From Callorhinchus milii (taxonomy: Eukaryota), in NCBI RefSeq assembly GCF_018977255.1, contig NW_024704752.1, positions 9,734,001 to 9,798,000 on the forward strand: DNA of 64,000 nt. Direction: 5' to 3'. Positions within the stretch are counted from its first letter, which is position 1. Each line of letters starts with the position of its first letter. A program made the position numbers and the translations under genes. The notes below the pieces were generated by a model that had not been told where the DNA came from, searched no databases, and saw only the letters and a program-made list of their open reading frames with translations. Positions 51,575 to 64,000 of the stretch are shown here, in pieces.

Positions 51575-51914
51575 AAATAATAACAATCCTGCATTTGATA
51601 TAGTGCTTTCTACGTCTTCTAGACGTCTCAAAGTGCTTCATAGAATATACTGTAAAGTGAATTGACTGTATATTTGTGGGCAAAACACGGCAGCCAATTG
51701 TGCACAGCAGTGTCCCACAAACAGTCGTGGATTGAGTGACCAATTATTATATTGGCAATCTGCCAATCAACTAACAACTGGGTTCCTACTTACTGCTTGG
51801 TAAACAGAGGCACGTGGAGTAAGGAAACCTGCCCAACGTGTTGTCCTGCCAGGAATAGAACCCGGGTCTCTCGCTTGCAAGGTGAGTGCTCTTACCACTG
51901 AGCTACAGGATTCC
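51575..51914 (-). mobile_element. tRNA/Deu SINE (older subfamily)
   Basis: Tail, Deu core and tRNA head are all recognisable. Confidence 0.82.
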
Positions 51915-52534
51915 AGGGATGGGCAGGAGGGAGGTGAGGGTGAGGCTGAAGATGTTGACTAAAGGCACAGTCAAGGCGCATAGCGGAGATAGATTTTAAG
52001 CGAGTTCCAAAGAATTAGGGTATGTATAACAGCTGAGTCCTTGACCACTGATGGGGTTGGGGAGTCAGACAGCGATGAACAAGCAGGAGCCCAGAACACT
52101 GCAGCAAACACGAATTGAACTGCTCTGGAAACCAACAACTGACTCATCCCCTATTTCTGTTGTTTGTGTACTGTTGGAATGGTATCAAATTGTATAATTG
52201 TGGGAATGGGAGCGGTGGTTGGGTAAGAATATGAGCCACAGCAAATCATGTTGCAATTGCTCCCTATAGTCCACAGTCTATTGAAGCTCTCAGGCCATGA
52301 GCAGCTCATGACGGTTAAACGGACTGTTTCTCAGTTGCCAAAGAGTGGATAACTTATCAAATTTGACAACAAAGTCGAGAAACAGTTATCAAAAAGCCCA
52401 ACATTAAAATCAAACATCCTCGGTTTAAGTTTACATTACGGAACCTGCTCCAAATCTTCACACAGACAACAGCAAAATGGCTTCACTTTCATCAGTATTG
52501 AAAAAACACAGAAATACTCCCAACACACAGAGGG

Positions 52535-52870
52535 ATAACAACAACAACAAAATGACATCTATAGAGCGCCTTTCACGTCGGGAGGATGTCCCAAAGCGCT
52601 GAACAGTCAGCTGTCGGGGCCCGAGCATGGGGGAGTGGTGTAGGGGTGAGGGAAGGCAGAGGGGTGGTGGGGGGGGGAGACCAAAGGCACGGTCGCAGAG
52701 GAGGGTCTTGAGACCGGGCTTGAAGGAGGCGAGGAGGAAGCGAGGGGAAGGGACCGTGGGATGGAGTTCCAGAGTGTGGGGGCAGAGAGGCTGAAAGCCC
52801 GGCCACCGATGGTAGGGCGGGTCGGGCGGGAGAAACGTGCACAGAGGAGACCTGAGAAGGACCTGAGATA
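52535..52870 (-). mobile_element. L2-clade LINE 3' end
   Basis: Close paralog of 40612-40945 (GGRAFSLSAPTLWNSIP). 3' tail cagcgctttgggacatcctcccgacgtgaaaggcgctctatagatg followed by (TTG)n. Confidence 0.8.
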
Positions 52871-53116
52871 ACATCCGCTGCTGTAGAGGCACCAACTAGT
52901 CCAGAACTCGGTCGGAGTTGCTCTTTGTGAGTCCTCTTGGGGGACCTGATCTCCAGCTCTTTCTCTTTCTCTCTCTGCCCCGAACATTGTAACAATAACC
53001 CCATTTAATAACAGGACGTTTGGCAGCACTGAGAGGTTTCAAAGCAGATGATGTCTGTCAATGGGGGAGGGGGGGGGGGTAGCCATGGCATCGTAACCTG
53101 AGCCATCACAGTCAGA

Positions 53117-53298
53117 NNNNNNNNNNNNNNNNNNNNNNNNNNNNNNNNNNNNNNNNNNNNNNNNNNNNNNNNNNNNNNNNNNNNNNNNNNNNNNNNNNNN
53201 NNNNNNNNNNNNNNNNNNNNNNNNNNNNNNNNNNNNNNNNNNNNNNNNNNNNNNNNNNNNNNNNNNNNNNNNNNNNNNNNNNNNNNNNNNNNNNNNNN
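53117..53298. other. Assembly gap (N run)
   Basis: Run of n characters. Confidence 1.
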
Positions 53299-53467
53299 TC
53301 AGACACACACACAGACACACAGTCAGACACACACACAGACACACAGTCAGACAGACACACACACAGTCAGACAGACACACACACACAGACACACGCACAG
53401 ACAGTCAGACACACACACAGACAGTCAGACACACGCACAGACAGACACACACACACACACACACACA
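53299..53467. repeat. Compound (CA)n/cagtcagaca microsatellite
   Basis: Directly visible; it abuts the gap. Confidence 0.95.
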
Positions 53468-53499
53468 GTCTATCTGCTCCTTTACAAAGAGACCGGAAC

Positions 53500-54320
53500 G
53501 CTGCTCCCGCTGACATTAAGGAGAGAGAGCGCGCGAGGCCTGAGTGAGGGCTCAGTCCTGGTCCAGGGACCGCATCCATCACCAGTTGCCATTGTTTAAC
53601 TGAGACCCACAACCGCGTACCCGGGATCGGGGGTCGGGGGGAACATCACCGCTGTCCCCGGGCCCAGGCTCTCCCCCTCCGGCCCCTCTCCCTCCCTCCC
53701 TCCCTCTCCCCCTCCGGCCCCTCTCCGCGGCTTCACTGACCCTCGAGCGCAGCGCTGGAGAGCGGTTCAGTACCAGGTCTCTGAGCCCCAACAGTTCAGG
53801 AGTAAAAGGCCTCGACCCCACCCACAGGCCCCGCCCCGGCCCCGCCCCCACCCGCCAGGCCCGCCCCACCGACCAGGCCCCCCCCCCAGACCAGGCTCCG
53901 CGCCCACCCGACCAGGCCCCGCCCCACCCAGGCCCCGCCCCCACCCAGCCCCCGCCCCCCACCTAGACCCCGCCCCCCGCCAGGCCACGCCCCCCAGCCC
54001 AGGCCCCGCCCGCCAGGCCACGCCCCCCGCCCAGGCCCCGCCCCCGGCCCCTGTCACTCAGAGTGATGGATCGCTGTGACTGATTGGCACTTCTCTCCTA
54101 TTTTTAAAAAAAATGGCCAAAGTGATTGACAGCCGTTAATCGGTCGTCTCCTCCGGGCTGATTGACAGCTGCTGATACGGTGCCGAAGCAGCTCCGGAGC
54201 TTATCACAAAAGTGATCTTCGGTATCGCAAGAACATCGATTCGTGTCCTTCTCACGCGGCGCCCGTCTTGTTGAACGCACTTCTGGTTTGCACAGCACTG
54301 TTCATCTTTCGCCACTGAGT
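53500..54320 (-). promoter_or_regulatory. CpG island and GC-box array, probable CAPN10 promoter and non-coding exon 1
   Basis: Many ccccgccc/ccacgccc boxes at 53820-54050, a CCAAT on the minus strand at ~54083-54087, and a candidate donor (cagcg|gtgatg on minus) near 53650. Confidence 0.65.
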
Positions 54321-54327
54321 TTCCCGC

Positions 54328-54328
<1 letters not shown>

Positions 54329-54359
<31 letters not shown>

Positions 54360-54664
54360 CCTCGCATTTGATATCGCGCTTTTCACGTCGGGAGGACGTC
54401 CCAAAGCGCTTCACAGAACACACTGTAAAGTGAATTGACTGTATATTTGTGGGCGAACGCGGCAGCCAATTGCGCACAGCAATGTCCCACAAACAGTCGT
54501 GGATTGAAAATGACCAATTTATTATTGTTTTGGGTTTTGGAGGGATTATTATTAGGCTCTGTGTGGAGTAAGGAAACTTGCCCAAGGTTTCGCCCTCTGC
54601 CTGGAATTGAGCTCAGGTCTCTCACTTGCAAAGCGAGTGCTCTAACCACTGAGCTACAGGACTC
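54329..54664 (-). mobile_element. Full-length young tRNA/Deu SINE
   Basis: Near-identical to 17688-18012 and 39378-39709. Confidence 0.92.
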
Positions 54665-55204
54665 TTAAGAGTTCCCCTCTCACGTGAAAGCGTTGTGGGA
54701 GACGCTGTCCCTTCGGATGAGTTGTTAAACCAAGTTCAGGAGAACGTTGAAGGTCCGAGGCCAGTATTGAGAAAGCTATGATGATGTGTATTCCTCGCGC
54801 ACAGATTTGAACCTTGTAATTTTCTGCTCTGTTTCACTCCAGTTCTGAAGCCTCACACACCACTTGGGGGAATCCTTCAGCAATCACATGCTTTGCACAT
54901 TAAAATAAAATAATTCAGGGATGTTCTCTCATCACTCCATGAAACAAATCGAATCCACACTATGTCATGCATAGGCCTTCGATAATAATTGTGTACCAAT
55001 CAATAAGGATGAACAGTATTTTATGAATAGTTGTAACAAATTGCTTTACCTTACAATTTTTCAATCAGATAAACACGTGACAACATTGACAGTGACATAA
55101 AGTAACAACATTGAATTTTGCTTTTCAGATAATTCAACAAACCAGAATTTAACCAAAGTTTAGATTATCCTCAACTAACTGTTATCGCCAAATGCAAACA
55201 ATTT

Positions 55205-58200
55205 TCAAAGAGCTTTTGAAGCCATTTTACCCATCATATGCTTTTTAGTATTTTGTTCTTTTTTCAGCAGGATAATATTACATTTAGGGGCAAAAATAAA
55301 GACCAGAAGCCCAAAGCTTGATGCCAAAATAGCAAATATTTCTACAGCCACAGTATATTTTCCAGGAGAGCTTACATAAGCTGGAATGAAAGTGATCCAA
55401 ACAGCACAGAAGATAAGCATGCTGAAAGTGATGTGCTTCGCTTCATTGAAGTTGTCTGGAAGTCGACGAGCGAGAAAAGCAACTCCAAAGCATACACAAG
55501 ACAACAGTCCAATGTAACCAAGTACACAGTAAAAGGCGACTGCAGATCCCAGATGGCATTCAAACACAATTCTGTCTGTAAAATATTCACTATTTTTCAG
55601 AGGATAAGGTGGTGACAAACATAGCCAGACAGTACATATTAAGCATTGTATTAGGGTAAGGATGAAAACACTCAGGCGTTGTTGTGTAGGTCCAAACCAC
55701 TTCATCATGTTATTACTGGGAAGTGTTGCATTAAATGCCATCACCACAACGATTGTTTTTCCTAAAACACAGGAAATACAAAGAACAAAAGTGATAGCAA
55801 AGGCTGTGTGACGTAACCTACAGGACCAGACTGAAGGCTCTCCAATGAATGTAACTGAGCACAGAAAACACAAAGCTAATGCGAAAAGAAGCAGAAAACT
55901 TAACTCCGAGTTATTAGCTTTAACAATAGGAGTGTCTCTGTGAACATAGAAAGCTGCAAATACACTTATAGTGATGAAGACTCCAAGCAATGCCAGTGTC
56001 ACTAGAGCAATCCCCAATGTCTCCTCGAAGGAGAGGAATTCAATTTCCTTCAGTATGCAATGATCCCGTTTATCATTGGACCGGTATTCCAAAGGACATT
56101 TGAGGCACAAAGTTGAATCTGAAAGAAAGTAAATTGTGGTCGAAAGTACCTGAATGGAAATCCGTTCAATCAAAGTTTGAGAATATAAGAAAGAATTAAT
56201 AGCTGTGTTTGTTCTTACCAGTGATGTTACTAATTTCACCATCAGCACATTCTATACAATCAAAGCAACACTTTGGTTGTCCTCTTTTTGCTGCTTTCCT
56301 TGTTCCAGGTAGACAACTGTCAGAGCAAACCGCCCGTGGGACCTAGTTACAGAAAAATTTAAGTTTCAACACTTTATATTTTACTTATTTTGCTCGACAA
56401 CTCACACTCCCATTTCTCACCCTGAATACCATTTGGAAAGTATTTTGTATGTTGCAAGAGGTTAATGGCAACATTGTTTTGGTTAAAAAGTGCAATAGAG
56501 CACTTTAAACAGCTATTTGGGGGAGTAATTTGTATTTTAGAGAAAATTGTTTGAAATTTATCTTTTTTTCTTGGTCAGCCGGGTGTCTAATACATGCAGA
56601 AACCCATCATCATGCATAAGAGTGTCCAACCCAAACTAGGAATTCCATGCATCCCACCTACACATGGAACTTCCAGAGATAGATTTTTGGACTGGAATTC
56701 TCACCCTTTCCCTGGAAGGATGCCTCCTGCTTACCGAATATCAGAAAGTATTCGGCACAGGTTGGCAAGAGCCAAGGCTTGGGGTCCCCAAAGTGTGCAC
56801 TGGGGTACCACTGGATTCTAACCAACTAAAACTGCATTGCTTGCCATTGATACCACTGTCTGGCGGAGTTAACAGGAGCTGTGGGGTGATTTCCTGCCCC
56901 CTGTGCATATTTAGTAAATAAAACTATCTGGAGGTCTCTTCATGCTTCTACCTAACACTTGAATTACAAATGACCTTCATGTTTTGGATGATTCACAACT
57001 ACCAATTCTACTCTTCATCCGAAACCCATCTGATAAAGCTCCTTGAACATTTGTGATAATATAACGCAAGGAAAGACCTTACCGTAATCTGACCAACGCT
57101 CCACACAATTTCTTTTCCTTTCAATTTAAATTCTTGCCCAGCAGGAGCAGATCCATCATAGTGCCCGACAGTGACTGTCTCAGTTCCGCCGAGGTCATTT
57201 GGTTGCCAGTTTACAATGTCGTATGTTGCTACTGGATCCCCATTTTCATCGAAATTAACATTTTCACCAATCTTTGTTTTGAAATTTACTGTTTTCATGT
57301 AATGTAGAAGCTGTGTTGGGAAATGACAAAGGAGGAAGAAACACTGTTGAAATTCAACAACATACTTTAACAATTCAACGTGGCTTTCCACTCGTGCAGC
57401 TGAAATACATACAGTATAGTTATATAAAAGTAATACTCCTTACTTGCCACGGCTGAAAACGTGAAATAGCTGCACAACTTTCATTGGGAAATGGACCTTT
57501 GCCACTTTCACATGACAGCATATCATGGAGAGCATGAGCTATAGCGTAGGTCGCTGCATAGACATTGTAGGTCACTCTGTACTGAGACACATCAGTATAT
57601 GTATTGTGTACAGACTGTAAATCCTCTCGTCCTGTGCATTCCTTAATTCCATCTGCTTTGTGCTCCTCGTTTCTTAGTGTACAGTTGAAGGTCATTTTCC
57701 AAAACTCTTTCACTAAGCGGTTTCCTGGATATGCAGAAGGATGAACTCGCAGTAGAAACTCTCTCAACCCTGGAACGTGTACTTTGCGAATCGCAATTCC
57801 AATTGTGCCGGAAAGGAACCGTCTGCTTTCTTCTGGGGACAGAACTGTTGTGGTGACCCACGCCTCACTTCCTATCCATTGAATACCTGTCACATTTTGT
57901 CGCACAATTTCATTCATAAGAATAGTCATATCTGCTTGTGCGAGAAATGCCACAACAACCTTTGTGGTAGATTTCTTAATAATATCTACAGTTTTCAGCA
58001 ATTCTCCCCTCGAATATGTTATATGGAAAGACTCAGAGAATGCAATACAAACACCGAGTTGTTGCACAGCTTTTGTGAACGCTTTCATTCCAAAGTTACC
58101 ATAGTCATCGTCACTTCTAACGGTCCCGATCCACGTCCAACCAAAGTGTTTCACCAACTGAGCCAAGGCTCTGACCTGAAAGTAGTCACTTGGTATTGTC

Positions 58201-60100
58201 CTAAAAAATGATGGATATTCCCTCCTATTGCTCAGACATTCACATGTAGCAACGTAACTTACCTATGGATTTAGAATAATGAGAAACTTGAATTTAAATT
58301 ATTTAATCTCGTAGCTGCAATGGAGTAAATGTACATTTTACTGATTGCATTTGTATTATAAAACAGGTAACAATTATACAAACACAGTGATAAAGCCATC
58401 TATATGTGGCTGTCCATTTCATGGATAATCACATCTTTTAAACGTATTTTACAGAATAAGTATTTCTTAATGAAATAATTTAATTTAAGGAATGTCGGGT
58501 ATTACATATTTTGTGACCAAGTTTGCCCATAAATGCACAATTACAACATGAAGTATCTTACCATTGGGATTTTAAAAGGACTGATCAAGCTCGCTATTGC
58601 TAAGGACTGTGAGGAACCAGAGTCACCAACAATAGCAGAAACGACTGGTGCCCTTTTGCAGGTGAAATCCGAAGATGTTTCTTCGAGTCTGTTCAAAAAT
58701 TCAAATGTTGTTTTTATTGATACAGAAGGCATTCCACAAGAGTCGTAAATCCAGTAGCCCAGAGTAATGTTGGGAAGCAGTGTCGGGTCTTTGTTTATTT
58801 CATCTATTGCAAAGATCATCGCCATTGCAAAACGAAATAGTCTGAATCGAAAGCTATTAGGAATCAAAGTATTAATTCTCAACCACATATTTCAAAGTCA
58901 TAACAACACGAGTAATACAGTAGATACTAACATTTCGATTGTATTTCCTGTGGTTTGGGCAACATGCAGAATGGTAACGCTTGTACATAGATTGCCACTT
59001 TTTACACTATTTACAAAATTGCAACCTGTTGTATAATACAAGTGCAATCGCAAAATGTACATTTAAGCCATTGCAGCTATTCGATTTCCGAAATATCCTT
59101 TACTCTGCGGAATTACAAGCAATGTCCATTTTACCACATTTCATTTTTTATTTTACTTTATGTTCATTTTCTTATCAACCGACACGGGGATGTTTCCAAA
59201 CTGAAAACACATAAAATAATTTGCACGCTGCGCTGCGCACAAGCCAGATTTCTTCCAAAAGACTATCAATAAATGCAAATCTATACATAGAACCATAAAC
59301 AAAGGAGAAATTGTTCAAGTGATAACGATAAAACAAAGGATAGTGGTACCTCATTTTATTGGGCTACAATTTGAGTGGAATCCAATAATTCAATTGATAC
59401 CTCTATGCACATTTAAGTGTGGACGATTTATGGACGAACCATCATGAAGATTTCACGCAAATGAAGTGTCCAGTTTGGGAATCCAATCTGTTTTCCAACA
59501 TCATGGAGCAACGAACATACAGCTTCATCCACATTTTAGATAGCAAATTTGACCAGAGATTACTTATCATTTCAACTCAAATTTATCTAACTTGTGCTAA
59601 GACTAGAGACAGCAACACCAATATATGTGGGGTGATCCCTAAAGTAACATCAAAATCAATCAATTGGGTATCGGACTATCTTACACGTGAGGCAACTAAT
59701 TTTTAAAAAAAACAGTTTTTAGCCAAACAATTAGATTATTTTCCTATGTTTGAAGTTGTCTGTACATATATTATTTTGAAGCAGTATTAAATACAGTATC
59801 TAACAGTAAGTATGTAATATGGTTCTTTCACGGCATTAATTTAAAAAATGAAGTTACCGACTCAAAGATGGAAAATTGCACTAACTTTGTACATTTTACC
59901 GCTCTCGGTTGGGTCTTAAAATTTACGTCCTGATCCTCAACATCAACATGCACACTGAAAACTCCGCCAAGAACGATATCCCCATCTTTGGACAAACCAA
60001 GCAGATCAAATATGCCCCAGCGTTTGCAAATTGTTTTTTCTTCAAGCCAAACAGTAACTAGAGTAGACATAAATAGCACAGCATACATACTGTAATGCAT
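55205..60100 (-). CDS. Vomeronasal type-2 / OlfC receptor (class C GPCR), complete 6-exon gene
   Basis: Exons 60100-59886, 58853-58562, 58262-57444, 57310-57083, 56342-56219, 56118-55205, in phase and without stops. Signal peptide, Venus flytrap domain ([29 protein letters not shown]), Cys-rich domain and 7TM ([22 protein letters not shown]). Confidence 0.95.
56572..56863. repeat. Unclassified ~300-bp repeat copy
   Basis: Homologous to 12764-13060. Confidence 0.8.
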
Positions 60101-60147
60101 TGCTTAACGTGTGCCCATCAGTGGCTCACAGCATTCCCAATTGCTCC

Positions 60148-60153
60148 TATATA
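60148..60153 (-). promoter_or_regulatory. TATA-like box of the first V2R gene
   Basis: TATATA about 50 nt upstream of the ATG at 60100. Confidence 0.4.
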
Positions 60154-60929
60154 TGTACTGTTACCTTCCAAAGTAAACGGTGTAAATTTGTTTTAAATAG
60201 AACTAGTGGATATGTTGAGCAAATTAGGTGCAATTCCCAGATGGAAGCAAATTGCCACTTTAATCCTTTAATTTTCTTCGAGATAATTAAACTAATTATG
60301 AAGGGAAATGTTTTAATTATATTATCATCTGATTAAAAGGTATCCGTTTAATTGTTCCATTAACTTACAACAGCAAAGGTTAACTTGGATGAATTTGTAG
60401 TGTTAAGGACATGATTTCATTATTTTTTAATATCTTAGACTAAGCCACAAGAACTAGTTTCAGTTGGACTCAGTTCACAGCATTCTGGCCTTTAAATCAG
60501 AAATTTGTGGTCTCAAGGCCCAATTCAGACCTGGAGCTCATGAACTAAGATGACACTCCCTTGCAGTGTCCGGGGGCTGGGCGGGTGCTTGCTGTGTCCT
60601 TCAAATGAGAGAAGAAACCCAGGTCCCTTCCTTTGGTCTGTTAATAGAACAGAGAAGCTCATGTGACACTACATAAAATGACATTTTAACAGCAATGTTC
60701 ATAACTTCCAGTGTGTTTCGGTCACATGCTTACTAATTTCCTCGAAACATTTGACCAGGTTGGTTTAGAATAAACTCTTCTTTATCATCTGTATTAACTC
60801 TCTCTGATTAACCTACATCTAAATGGTCACTAACATTAACCATGATTATGGTTTCTCACTATTCGCCTACCACCAACATGAGACAAACTGGACATACCAG
60901 TTTTTTTCCCTTTGCCTTTTCTTAAACTA

Positions 60930-61052
<123 letters not shown>

Positions 61053-61295
61053 TCATCTAGTATCTCACTCTCAACAAATTCTTGTCCATTTTAGTTTCCC
61101 TAGAGGGACGCATCTTGCTTATCAAATTCCAGAAAAGGTAAAGTGAATATGCAAAATTTATACAAATAGTGATATATTTCTTTTTATTTCATGGTAATTT
61201 TTTTACACAGTCACCGAATGCAATAATACAAACATTTCACTCTGAAACAAGAAATTAAAACACAATACACAATACACAAAACTATCATGTTACTT

Positions 61296-63999
<2,704 letters not shown>

Positions 64000-64000
64000 A

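Noticed and set aside
53039-54057. ORFs across the N-gap, microsatellite and GC boxes
   Set aside because: Artefacts of Ns and low-complexity sequence.

Overview
Vertebrate genomic DNA with spliced genes, most likely from a cartilaginous fish, possibly a holocephalan. This is inferred from compact introns, a Torpedo-like delta C-terminus, Deu-domain tRNA SINEs with L2-type tails and a V2R/OlfC cluster. Gene order: 3' part of PRSS56 (+), complete CHRND (+, 12 exons), a 7-exon phospholipid-scramblase-like gene (+) that is largely invisible in the ORF track and carries a 1-nt frameshift, EIF4E2 (-), CAPN10 (-), then one complete and one partial V2R/OlfC class C GPCR gene (-). No CHRNG is seen at its usual position after CHRND. 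Other notable points: the delta subunit has Asn at M2 6', CAPN10 has NLWD instead of NPWG, the first V2R has PKCN instead of PKCY, SINE remnants in the EIF4E2 CpG island are shifted towards GC, and an unclassified ~300-bp repeat family recurs. Exon coordinates were read by eye from GT-AG boundaries and checked for phase.
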